In this document: positions 12,921 through 24,658 of the stretch, piece after piece
Position numbering within the stretch: position 1 is the first letter of the stretch
How the letters are laid out: every line of letters begins with the position of its first letter
From: Hemiscyllium ocellatum
Lineage: Eukaryota
Length of the DNA: 64,000 nt
Assembly (NCBI RefSeq): GCF_020745735.1
Contig: NC_083422.1
Location: 16,120,001 to 16,184,000 of the forward strand
Direction of reading: 5' to 3'
Program-made: the position numbers and the translations under genes
Notes under the pieces: model-generated
Seen by the model: only the letters and a program-made list of their open reading frames with translations
Database searches by the model: none
Told to the model about the DNA's origin: nothing

Positions 12921-14436
12921 TCTCCAAGATTCTGAGAAATGCAGCACTGCAAATGCAGCACAACTTGGTAACTCCCTATGTCAGTATACTGCCTGAATAA
13001 CACTTGCAGCCACACTGTACCGGTATAATTGCCATTGAGAAATTCACGGAGAAAGTGAGGATGAGATTGGCCTAATAGTGATTATTTGGGATTGTATCCC
13101 ACATCTGAATTTCCCAAGAGCATGGCTGTAATTCACAACAAGAAGAGTGTTGATTTGTTTTAATAGGCTTCATGCCCCACTGACCATCTCTGTCTTCGGA
13201 AACATTCAGCAGTGCAATTTGACAGTCGGGACGCAATGGGGGAAAAGTAGAAATTTAATAATGTCTCATCTATTAAAAAGAGTGAGCTACAGATTACTAG
13301 GGTCATCCATCTCATTATGTCTTTATCCCTTGCCGAAGTTTCTATTCCCTTGAGTATAGAAGATTAAATGGTAAGGTAGTCAAGGTGTTTTAAATGATTT
13401 AAGAATTTGATGAGATAAATAGTGAGGGACGGTTGGGAAAATCCTTGACAAATGGCATAGTCTTCACATTAGAGCAAAGGTAATTTCAGAGACAGCACTT
13501 CTGCATACAAGTAACTATGGAAACCTATCTCTGTTTCTCGGTGTCAATTGAAAGCTTCAAACCTGAGATTGTTGGATTATTAGTAATTGTGGTGTAGTGG
13601 TAGTGTCCTTATCACTAGGCCAGGAGGCCAGAAAGCCAGTGCAAATGATTTTGAGCAATACATCAGTTCAGGACAAGTTTAAGGGGAATCGACTATTCCA
13701 GTTCAAACAATTGCCAGCAGTTATTGTTCAACTTGTATTACTTTTAATATAAATAACAATAATAATAATAAATATGTCATTAGTTCTACAGATATTCAGT
13801 TATCTTCAAGCACTCAAGAACAATAACTGAATATTGTTCTCTCAGTTTATATTTTAAAACATTCCATTATCCAAATGGAGCTCCTCTTCCCTGACCCATC
13901 CACTGCCACCTTTCTTGCTAAAATGGTTACTTTATATCTCTCAAATTGCCATGAAGCCTGACGTTACTCCTTCAACTGATAGTGCTCCAAAGGAGCCCAT
14001 CCTGGTCCCTTCGCTCCTCTGAATGTCACTCATAAATAAGGTGGCAACCCACGGCATATATCTATTCTTTAATGAATTACACCATCAATAAGAACTATCC
14101 CTGATTAACTGGTGCTAAGATCACCAAGTTTGGTGTATTCTGGAGTGGGGAGGGAATCATGGCTGAGCTTTCTGACCAAGCTGGCTACCTCCTCCTCTTA
14201 CTCAGAAAGCACATATTCAAGGTGTATTCCCATTTCTCTTCATTCGTTCACAGCATGTGGGCAATGCCAACATTTATTGCCCAAACAGATTTGCCCTTGA
14301 GATGGTGGTAGTCTCCTCACTGCTAACGAAAGCAGCATTGAGTCACGAGAAGCTCAGAAAAATAAGAATTGCACAAAGCTTCAGTCAGGTTCCTTGTAGC
14401 ACTGGAGGAAGAAGAGCATTCGGGCCTGCACTGCTC

Positions 14437-15148
14437 TCAAATGGTCAGGTGACATGTGATCAGACTGTCACATGATCAATGCCTCCAACGAGACTGTCAC
14501 ATGATCAATGCCTCCAACACCACAAATGTACGTGGCTGCACCCATCTCACATCCACACTGCCGGGCTGTTTTACCCTGCCTTGGGCTGGATTTTGGCTTC
14601 CACCAGTTGGTCACAGCATCACTCACACCAGTTTCAGCCAGAGCTGAACTACAGAGAAGCCCCTCCTCCCCTTCACCCCGGTCTCATTGTATCATTACAT
14701 GGAAACAACTTTTCTAATCGAAACCTGTCAGAAGCTTGTACACTTCCATGAAAAAGCTCCTCAATTGCCTTTGATCCAAGTAAAATTATCTCAACTTCTC
14801 CAGTCTCACAGAAACTGAATTATTCCAGTCAAGGTTTATTGCATAAGTTCTGAAGACAACATTGTGGAATGGACTGCAAAAGATCAGGATCAAGGCCCTT
14901 TGCTCCGCTGTCACACTGAGGAGTTTATCCAGGATTTCTCTTGCACGTCCTATCATAGGTCTCATATTATAAACTGGACTCCATTTTCTAAATCAATCTC
15001 CAGATGGAGAGATATTGGATGGTCCTTGTTTCAGATCAAGTTCCTAAACTCAGGTTGTTAGCTCTGGTTGGAGGCATTGGTCATGTGACAGTCTGGTTGG
15101 AGGCATTGGTCATGTGACAGTCTGATCACATGTCACCTGACCATTTGA
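14437..15148. repeat. 82-bp inverted repeat pair (14437-14518 / 15067-15148), each arm with a 29-bp tandem duplication
   Basis: tcaaatggtcaggtgacatgtgatcagactgtcacatgatcaatgcctccaac and its reverse complement. Confidence 0.9.
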
Positions 15149-15356
15149 TGAATCCCATCTGATCGTATGGCCAGAACTTCTTTCATGTTTCTAGGCCTAC
15201 ACAATGAGTCTTTGTTTGTCAGGATATAAAGGCCCCCTCAAGAAGGCATCATTCAAGAGGTCAATAGCAGGAGAGTGGAACCACACTCCTGAATATGATG
15301 CTGCAGAAGATTAATGATGTATCAAAGGCAGGAAGAATGAATGGGATATTCAACCA

Positions 15357-15557
15357 AGTTAAAAATCACACAACACCAGGTTATAGCCCAACAGATTTAA
15401 TTGGAAGCACAAGCTTTCGAGCACTGCTCCTTCATCAGGTAGTTATACCAGTGCTTCGAAAGCTAGTGCTTCCAATTAAACCTGTTGGACTACAACCTGG
15501 TGTTGTGTGATTTTTAACTTTGTACACCCCAGTCCAACACCGGCATCTCCAAATCAT
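15357..15557. mobile_element. Palindromic mini Penelope-like element (family B)
   Basis: Inverted tails. Exact 12-bp TSD GATATTCAACCA at 15345-15356 and 15558-15569. Confidence 0.85.
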
Positions 15558-16498
15558 GATATTCAACCACATTTTGATGTAGAATCTCAAGTCACCTCAC
15601 AGTGCCTGTCGAATCCTTCACTGTTGCAGAGAGTCATCAAACAAACACATCTTGCAGGTCACCCTATCTCACTCTTTCTGGGCATTCATTCACAGCACCA
15701 TCTGATTACCCATCGTTGACACTCATCATCATCATAATACACAGAGCTCTCCTTCTCAGTAAGCCTTCATGAATGTTCTCCATTCATTCTTTCAGTCCAT
15801 TCATTTCACTAACTCAGAAAGCCTGTTTCCACTCTTGCAGGAGAAGAGATCGGAGAACACATGACAGAGACAGAGAACCAGAGCTGATCTTGCCACCATC
15901 TGCACACTGACATTCACGGAGAGAGAAATGTGGAAATGGAATCAAGTCACTTTGTGCCTGGCCGTTGGACGTAGAGATCTGCTGCTGTCTTAGTGATAAA
16001 ATAAAATGTCAGACAGAGACATGGTTGACAACACTCACTCTTGTTGAATTGATGGTAGCAGCCATTGAAATAGGATAATATTATCAAGACATTGTAGCAC
16101 AGAAGGAGGTCAATCAATCTTTCAAGTCTTGTCAGATATCTGGACAGGAATCCAGTCAGTCCTTTACCCCTGCTTCAATTTTAAAATGTTTATTTCCTTC
16201 GAGTGTCCTTCTAATTTTTTTTCAAAATTGTTCAGAATTTTTCCTTTCATCATTCTCATAGGAAACAGGTCATAGGTCATTACTGCTACCCATGTAAAAA
16301 TAGTGTCCCTCTTCATTGCATCTCTCACCCAAAATGGTAAATCTCTGCCCCTCCCCCAACCCCGCTACCTTTCTCATTGTACCATTACATGGGAAGAACT
16401 TAGGGTAAAAAATGAGGTCTGCAGATGCTGGAGATCAGAGCTGAAAATGTGTTGCTGGTTAAAGCACAGCAGGTTAGGCAGCATCCAAAGAATAGGAA

Positions 16499-16534
16499 AT
16501 TCGACGTTTCGGGCATAAGCCCTTCATCAGGAAT
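16499..16534 (-). ncRNA. Intact minimal hammerhead motif (family A)
   Basis: Reverse complement is ATTCCTGATGAAGGGCTTATGCCCGAAACGTCGAAT. Confidence 0.8.
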
Positions 16535-17438
16535 GAGGAGAGTGTGCCAAGCAGGCTAAGATAAAAGGTAGGGAGGAGGGAGTTGGGGGAGGGGCGATGG
16601 AGATGTGATAAGTGGAAGGAGGTCAAGGTGAGGGTGATAGGCTGGAGTGGGGTGTGGGCGGAGAGGTCAGGAAGAAGATTGCAGGTTAGGAGGGCGGTGC
16701 TGAGTTGAGGGAACCGACTGAGACAAAGTGGGGGGAGGGGAAATGAGGAAACTGGAGAAATCTGAGTTCATTCCTTGTGGTTGGAGGGTTCCCAGGCGGA
16801 AGATGAGGCACTCCTCCTCCAGCCGTCGTGTTGTTATGTTCTGCCGGTGGAGGAGTCCAAGGACCTGCATGTCCTCGGTGGAGTGGGAGGGAGAGTTAAA
16901 GTGTTGAGCCACGGGGTGGTTGGGTTGGTTGGTCCGGGCGTCCCAGAGGTGTTCTCTGCAGCGTTCCGCAAGTAAGCGGCCCATCTCCCCAATATAGAGG
17001 AGGCCACATCGGGTGCAACGGATGCAATAGATGATGTGTGTGGAGGTACAGGTGAACTTGTGGCGGATATGGAAGGATCCCTTGGGGCCTTGGAGGGAAG
17101 TGAGGGAGGAGGTGTGGGCGCAAGTTTTACATTTCCTGCGGTTGCAGGGGAAGGTGCTGGGAGTGGAGGTTGGGTTGGTGGGGTGTGTGGACCTGACGAG
17201 GGAGTCACGAAGGGAGGGGTCTTTGCGGAACGCTGATACGGGAGGGGAGGGAAATATATCCCTGGTGGTGGGGTCCATTTGGAGGTGGCGGAAATGACGG
17301 CGGATGATACGTTTATACGGAGGTTGGTGGGGTGGTAGGTGAGAACCAGTGGGGTTCTGTTTTGGTGGCAGTTGGCGGAAATGACAGCGGATCATCAACT
17401 TTACCAACACCTTCCATCCCGACCTCAAATTCACCTGC

Positions 17439-18605
17439 ACCACCCCCCACCTTTTCCTCCGCTACATCGATGACTGTATCGGCGCTGCCTCGTGCTCCCA
17501 CGAGGAGGTTGAACAGTTCATCAACTTTACCAACACCTTCCATCCCGACCTCAAATTCACCTGGACTGTCTCAGACTCCTCCCTCCCCTTCCTAGACCTT
17601 TCCATTTCTATCTCGGGCGACCGATTCAACACAGACATCTACTATAAACCGACTGACTCCCACAGCTACCTGGACTACACCTCCTCCCACCCTGCCCCCT
17701 GTAAAAACTCCATCCCATATTCCCAATTCCTTCGTCTCCGCTGCATCTGCTCCCAGGAGGACCAGTTCCAACACCGCACAGCCCAGATGGCCTCCTTCTT
17801 CAAGGACCACAGATTCCCCCCAAACGTGATCGACAATGCCCTCCACCGTATCTCCTCCACTTCCCGCTCCTCCGCCCTTGAGCCCCGCTCCTCCAACCGT
17901 CACCAAGACAGAACCCCACTGGTTCTCACCTACCACCCCACCAACCTCCATATACAACGTATCATCCGCCGTCATTTCCGCCACCTCCAAATGGACCCCA
18001 CCACCAGGGATATATTTCCCTCCCCTCCCCTATCAGCGTTCCGCAAAGACCACTCTCTTCATGACTCTCTCGTCAGGTCCACACCCCCCCCAACCAACCC
18101 AACCTCCACTCCCGGCACCTTCCCCTGCAACCGCAGGAAATGTAAAACTTGCGCCCACACCTCCACACTCACTTCCCTCCAAGGCCCCAAGGGATCCTTC
18201 CATATCCGCCACAAGTTCACCTGTACCTCCACACACATCATCTATTGCATCCGCTGCACCCGATGTGGCCTCCTCTATATTGGGGAGATGGGCCGCTTAC
18301 TTGCGGAACGCTGCAGAGAACACCTCTGGGACGCCCGGACCAACCAACCCAACCACCCCGTGGCTCAACACTTTAACTCTCCTTCCCACTCCACCGAGGA
18401 CATGCAGGTCCTTGGACTCCTCCACCGGCAGAACATAACAACACGACGGCTGGAGGAGGAGTGCCTCATCTTCCGCCTGGGAACCCTCCAACCACAAGGA
18501 ATGAACTCAGATTTCTCCAGTTTCCTCATTTTCCCTCCCCCCACCTTGTCTCAGTCGGTTCCCTCAACTCAGCACTGCCCTCCTAACCTGCAATCTTCTT
18601 CCTGA
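17439..18605 (+). pseudogene. 5'-truncated PLE ORF: RT C-terminus, Cys-rich linker and GIY-YIG endonuclease
   Basis: One open frame: FLRYIDD (YIDD at 17463-17474), LKFT, LPFLD, YKPTDSHSYL, SQFLRLR.ICS, PCNRRKCKTC, IIYCIRCTRCGLLYIGE, REH, GMN. The Cys-rich linker suggests the Neptune group (inference). Confidence 0.9.
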
Positions 18606-18737
18606 CCTCTCCGCCCACACCCCACTCCGGCCTATCACCCTCACTTTGACCTCCTTCCACCTATCACATCTCCATCGCCCCTCCCCCAACTCCCTCCTCC
18701 CTACCTTTTATCTTAGCCTGCTTGGCACGCTCTCCTC

Positions 18738-18773
18738 ATTCCTGATGAAGGGCTTATGCCCGAAACATCGAAT
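18738..18773 (+). ncRNA. Hammerhead motif (family A), stem III palindrome mutated
   Basis: ATTCCTGATGAAGGGCTTATGCCCGAAACATCGAAT. Confidence 0.6.
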
Positions 18774-19294
18774 TTCCTATTCCTTGGATGCTGCCTAACC
18801 TGCCATGGGAAGAACTTATCCTTGTCTACCTTATCGAAACCTTCCAAAATCTTGTGGAATGGACTGCAAAAGATCAGGATCAAGGCTCTTCGCCATTAAC
18901 ATGAAGGGAACGATTGGGGGGAGAATATTCTCGAAGTGTCCACCCACTTATTGCACAAGACTGGTTGAGGTATCCATGGTCTGGTGGATGGATGGTGATG
19001 CTCCAGGCCAGTCCCAAGGATTGAGCAGCTTAGAGTTTCCCAACCCAGGTATGGAGATGCTGAGAGCAATTTATCATGGGAGAGCTACTGAAGTAGCTCA
19101 CATCAATGGATTCCAATGAATCTGAGGAATATGGTAAACAGGTAAAATGGAGATTCGTCAAGCAGTTTGCGCTTGTTGTGTGTTTCTATGTGAGTGAACA
19201 TAATTGGAACAATAGGCACCTATAACATCATGCACACCCATGTTCTAGCACCTCTCTCCCTGGAGATAAACTGGGCTGGTTGTTTTGGTTGAAC

Positions 19295-19315
19295 GGTCTC
19301 AGCTGCTAGTTTTAC
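19295..19315 (+). promoter_or_regulatory. Degenerate ISRE position of gene A
   Basis: GGTCTCAGCTGCTAGTTTTAC aligns without gaps to the gene B ISRE within homologous flanks. There are 6 differences in 21 nt. Confidence 0.7.
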
Positions 19316-19406
19316 AGTCAGGGAAGAAAGCACATTGAGTGCAGTTCTCTCTCAACTCACTGCTGGACGTTCTGGTGGAGCACGAACTTGCCATTTGATC
19401 AGCATA

Positions 19407-19411
19407 ATGAG
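19407..19411 (+). CDS. IFIT5: IFIT5-like gene A, coding exon 1 (ATGAG)
   Basis: cataATGAG|GTAAAC donor. The phase-2 join to AG|C at 26619 gives MSTTQKDALKV, the typical IFIT micro first exon. Context is homologous to exon 1 of gene B. Confidence 0.8.
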
Positions 19412-19758
19412 GTAAACAAATTATTGAAATTCTACCTGTTTTAGACAGGTAAATATGTAGGTTATTGAAAAATGAGCTCATTTTCAGAATTATTTTGCTA
19501 TAAATGACAAAGGAACTGACACACTTAAAGCAGGATTACTTGTCACAGTGAGGCATACAGGTAAATGTTTACTGTTGCACTGGAACTAGTGAGTGTCAGA
19601 AGAAATAAGAGTCATAAGGCAATTTATAGTGTTTTGTCAGGTAATCTTTTAAGGAAAACCAACCTTAATTTTCACGCAGATATTCCAAAAACACACAAAT
19701 CAAACTTTAATTAAACTCCACACTGTCATAATGTTGAATCGAATATTTTGTAAATATT

Positions 19759-19876
19759 GGGAGAAAGTGAGGACTGCAGATGCTGGAGATCAGAATTGAG
19801 AGTGTAGTGCTGGAAAAGCACAGCAGGTCAGGCAGCATCCAATTTTCCCATTTTTTCCAGCACCACATCTTGATTC
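19759..19876. mobile_element. Short inverted PLE-tail insertion in intron of gene A
   Basis: Tail in - orientation then a short + piece. TSD TGTAAAT(A/G)TT at 19749-19758 and 19877-19886. Confidence 0.7.
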
Positions 19877-19989
19877 TGTAAATGTTCTCAAACAGATGTG
19901 ATGAAACATGACTATCTGGAGTGATGGACTTACATAAAACTGTGGATTGTGGTTCATCCTGATGAATGAACTTAAACTCATTCGGGACT

Positions 19990-20184
19990 AAGAATCACAC
20001 AATGCTAAGTTGTAGTCCAACAGCTTTCTAAGCACTGCTCCTTCATCAGATGGTTTATCACAACTACCCGATAAAGGAGCAGTGTTTGGAAAGTGAGTGC
20101 TTCCAAAAAACCTGTTGGACTATAACCTGGCATTGTGTGATTTTTAACTTTATCCACCCTGGTTCAATGCCGTCTCCTCCAAAA
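19990..20184. mobile_element. Older palindromic mini PLE (family B)
   Basis: Same arms as 12031 and 15357 but more decayed. Imperfect TSD CATTCGGGACT / CATTCAGAACT. Confidence 0.75.
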
Positions 20185-20688
20185 CATTCAGAACTGTAAT
20201 TCCCAGGGTAACAGAAAACACATTACATTGCAGAATGTAACTGACTATCCCTGATGTGAGTTTGGTTGAAGTGGTCACTGAGCTGATAAGGAGAAGATGG
20301 GCTTAAAAACTTGCTGCAGTCACTCCTGCAAGGTACCATCACTCCAGAGCAGCTTAATCCTGCTCTCTACTCCAGTAACTGTTCTGTCACTGTTCAATCT
20401 CCATGTCTCCCATTCTCTATTCATTAATAGGTGTCATAAATAGTTACAAATATTATTCAGATGTAAAACAAATTTACCTTTAAAATACAATTTGAGTTAT
20501 TCCTAGTTTTATTATCCTAATATTATGTGTCTGTTGGTGTTTGAAGTTACTAACAATTAGATGAAAAGATAGATCTATATATAACATGTTTCACAACCTC
20601 AGAAAAGCCCAATGCATTTTACAGTCAGCGAAGCGGCTTTAAAGTGTAGTCACTGTTGTATTTTAAGAGGTAATTATAAAATGTTTAT

Positions 20689-21038
20689 GGCTGGCAGGGT
20701 GGCACAGTGGTCAGCACTGCTGCCTCACAACACCAGGAACCCAGGTTTGATTCCAGCCTCAGACAACTGTCTGTGTGGAGTTTACATGTTCTCCTTGTGT
20801 CTGCATGAGGTTCCTCTGGGTGCTCCGGTTTCCTCCCACAGTCCAAAGATGTACAGGTTAGGTGGATTAGCCATGCTAAATTGCTCATAGAGTCTAGGGG
20901 TGTGCAGGTTAGGTGGAGTAGCTGTGGGAAATGCAGGGTGACCGGGATAGAGTAGATCTGGGAGGGCTGGTGTTCAGAGGGTCGGCGTGGATCTGATGGG
21001 CTGAAAGGCCCGATTCCACAGTGTAGAGATTCTATGAA
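20689..21038 (+). mobile_element. HE1/V-SINE-like SINE
   Basis: tRNA-like head, central domain and tail as at 1768. Confidence 0.88.
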
Positions 21039-23464
21039 GCACACACAATTTGCACATGCCAAGTTACACAATCTGTTTTGATGATGTCTGCGAAGGGCTT
21101 ACATATCAGCTGGGGCATTGTGAAGATATCCTTTGTTCTTCCAACAGCACCATCGGAAACCTCACACCCACCTAAGAGGCCAGAGTGAGCCTTATTTGAA
21201 TATCTCACTCAAATGCTGATGTCCCTACCATGGGACACCTCCCTCAGCATCAGCAGTGCCAACCTCAGTCACAAGGCCAGGTCTGTGGAGTGAGGATTGA
21301 ACCCACAATTTGCCAACTTAGACTTAACAAATGCATGAGGTATGACAACAGCTAAGACCAGCTGGAAAAAGTTTGAAAATATTGCTCTGAAGTATCAGGG
21401 TGAACACAAATAAAGAGTGTTTTTCCCAAATTATAATGAGCAGGAGGTCACCAGAGAAAACAAAAAGCCTTCATATGGGTGCACAGTCAGCTGGGACACT
21501 GAAAAACACAACATCTGACTTTGTTTTCTGGGCCTCTGGGATGTTTGGCCAAAGGATCGCATCACAGGTTCTCTGAGCTAGCATTGCAGAGACAAATACT
21601 TCATAGTTTCAACAAAAAACCCACAGAATTTCATGCTGCACACTGCATCTTAACCTTAGTACAGTGCAGGAAAAGAAAACTCAGTTACCCGCAGGAAAAG
21701 CCGGGTGTAGTAGTTTGAATTAAAAGGCAAAGGCTGGAAATTCACCAGGAACTGGTTGGGAATTACAGAAAGGATGGGGATGGGGCGGGGAGTGGCGGGG
21801 GGGGGGGAAGGGTGGAATTGGAAAAGACTGGCCACATGCACATGGGGTAGATGGAGTTGAGAATGAGCTGGGCTGGCTGAAGGATGAAGGATGCCTGTGT
21901 AGCTTGGACAGCAAGAAAGCATGAAAAATTTTGCATTGAACTAACACCTCATCACATCTTGTAGGAATGTCCCTCTACCATTCAGGTGAAATTATTTATT
22001 TTGAAATACATTCATTGTAGATTTGAGGGGAAATATGATAACTCAGTTGTGTGACAATAACTTGCATTTATGTATCACCTTCTGATATGATGTGGTTATC
22101 TGTATGTTACTGCTTGTAACACATACTGCAGAGAGTTGTGCTGTTTTTGAAATAAATATAATTGGAGTTTATTAACAGATAACAATGAACATAATATGAT
22201 ACTTTAAACTTGCATATGCAGTCTGGGTTATATGCCCACTTAGATTGCTGCTATATTCCATATATTGTTGACTTTCTGATTCTCAGAATGACCAGCAGAA
22301 TGGCTGGCAGTTTAGCTATCAGACTAACTTTATGACTGGACAGAGAAAAAAACACAGACCACTGTGTACCAAGCTGCTTTAAAGGTATACCATTTTTCTT
22401 AATTTAGTGTATTACAGCGGCACAGGAATGTAATCAGACAAAAACTGAGGCAAGAACTGATACAAAGAAAAAGAAGGAACTGCTTAGAGGGTGAAAATAA
22501 GTTGAATAGAATGGATAATCTTTAAGGAGAGGTTGTCTTGAGTTCTGAGATTTTGGAACTCTTGGGGCTGAACCCAACAGTGGGTGAGAGGAGAATGGAC
22601 ACAAGGCCAGAGATTGGTGAATGCAGAGCTCTCAGAGAATTCTAGGGCTGAAGGAGATCACAGAGACAGGCAAGAGTGAGGTCATGAAGGGACTTGAACA
22701 CCAGGATGACATTATTCCTTCTGTGATATTTGTGAACTGGAGCCAATGGAAGTCAGAAAGACCAAACGTAATGGATGATGGAGGAGAGGAACTTATGCAT
22801 GTCACAGAACTTTGTGAAGTGCAGCAGATGAGAAATTGGCCGGGAACTCTTTTAGGTAATTGAGTCTAATGTGTGAGGGGTTCAGTAGAAGATGGGCTGC
22901 TGACTTGCAGACAAGGTGATGCTAGAGGGATAGATCTAGATGGTCTTTGTGATGGCGAGGATCTGTGCTGCTTAACTTACAAAGGTGTTCAAAGATAGTA
23001 TCACAATGAATGGCCACCAGCTGTTTTCGGTGGTGTAGCTCGGGGAAAGAGAGATTGTTGGAAAGTGCAACTTTTTCTTTTGCTTCAAATAATGCCCTAG
23101 AAACCTTAACATCATCTGAATCACCAGAACAGCTCAAGTCTGCCTTGCTGAAGAATACTGTACTGGATGATATTCATCCAGATTAGAATAAGTTTACTAG
23201 GGCAGGATTTTATGCAGTTCTTTGGACTCTACATCCTCCTCATTCTCACAAAGGGAGTCCACTTCAGATGAGGCAGCTGCTGCCCTTCATGAATATTTCT
23301 GGGAACAGCAGAAATAGCTTTCAAAAAAGACTTCCTCACATATCTCAGGAGTAAGGCCCTGCCTTCGAGAGCAACTGGCCATTTTTGTCAGGCAGCAGCT
23401 CTGTTGTCCCAGCAGCGCCAAGGTTGAATGGTGGCCATTATTGGGACTGCACAAAAGTGGAAGT

Positions 23465-23605
23465 GGGTACTGCAGATGGTGGAGATTTGAGTCAATCCTC
23501 ATTGTGGCCTCATTCCTGATGAAGGGCTTTTGCCCAAAACGGTGATTTTCCTGCTCCTCGGATGCTGCCTGACCTGCTGTGCTTTTCCAGCACCATTTTA
23601 GTCTT
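23465..23605. mobile_element. PLE tail fragments with degenerate hammerhead motif
   Basis: cctgatgaagggcttttgcccaaaac...gatgctgcctgacctgctgtgcttttccagcac. Confidence 0.7.
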
Positions 23606-24092
23606 GTCACTACTGGGACTGCAGGCAGTCCCCAAAGGGGTGGAGCCTTGGGGTCTGGGAGTAGGCTTTGAGAAGCTGGTGGTGGGGAGGAAACATAATA
23701 ATGTAAGAAATAGGAGCAAGAGTAGGCCAATATTTAAGATCATGGCTGAACTGCCCCTGGCCTCAGATCCTCTTTAGTGCCAGCTCCTCATAGCCCTCAA
23801 TTCCTTAATATTTCAAAACTCTACCTCCCTCCTTTTTAAATCCTTTCAATGATGCAGCCTCCACAACTCATTAGGATAAAGAATTCCAGACATTCAAAAC
23901 CCTCTGAGTGGAAACATCGTCACAACATCTACCCTGTCAAGTCCACTCACAATCCTGTACGTGTCAATAAGATCATTCCTCATTTTTTTTCTAAATTGTA
24001 ACAAGTAAAGGCTGAACCTGTTTAGCCAACAGGTTAATAAGTCAACCCTTCATTCCAGCTGAATGAATCTCTTTTGAACTGTCTCCAATACA

Positions 24093-24632
24093 GGGAGAAA
24101 GTGAGGATTGCAGATGCTGGAGATCAGAGTCAAAAGATGTGGCACTGGAAAAGCACAGTCAGCAGCTGAGGAGCAGGAAAGTCAACGTTTAGGCCACACA
24201 TGCACTCAACAACCACCACCCCATGGCTGACCACTTCAACACCCCCTCCCACTCCGCCAAGGACTTGTGAGTCCTGGGCCCCCTCCTCCACCAAATCCAA
24301 TCCACCTGATGCCTGGACAAGCTCACTTGTCCGGACTTGTCCTACCTGCCTAGCTCTTTTTCCACCTATCCACTCCATCCTCTCCTCCCTGACCTATCAC
24401 CTTCATCTCCTCTCCCACTCACCCATTGTACTCTATGCTACTCTCTCCCCACCCCCACCCTCCCCTAGCTTATCTCTCCATGCTTCCAGCTTACTGCCTT
24501 TATTCCTGATGAAGGGCTTTTGCCCGAAACGTCGATTTCGCTGCTCCTTGGATGTTGCCTGAACTGCTGTGCTCTTCCAGCACCACTGATCCAGAATCTG
24601 GTTTCCAGCATCTGCAGTCATTGTTTTTACCT
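24093..24632. mobile_element. Inverted PLE insertion (- tail, then + EN remnant and tail)
   Basis: Tail-out arrangement. Hammerhead core CTGATGAAGGGCTTTTGCCCGAAACGTC at 24506-24533. Confidence 0.8.
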
Positions 24633-24658
24633 TGTCTTTTTAACTACTTGATACATCT

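Larger units (their letters stand above)
16403..18803. mobile_element. Penelope-like retroelement (family A) with ~0.9-kb inverted arms
   Basis: 16469-17375 is the reverse complement of ~17893-18803. Exact 15-bp TSD CATGGGAAGAACTTA at 16388-16402 and 18804-18818. Confidence 0.92.

Noticed and set aside
14462-14518. 29-bp direct repeats as a CRISPR-like array
   Set aside because: Two adjacent units without spacers, in vertebrate DNA.
16667-17443. 258-aa - strand ORF as a separate host gene
   Set aside because: It is the inverted copy of the PLE endonuclease region, with an N-terminus created by the junction.
21669-21682. GAAAAGAAAACT as a substitute intronic ISRE for gene A
   Set aside because: Imperfect spacing in A-rich sequence; a single weak match.
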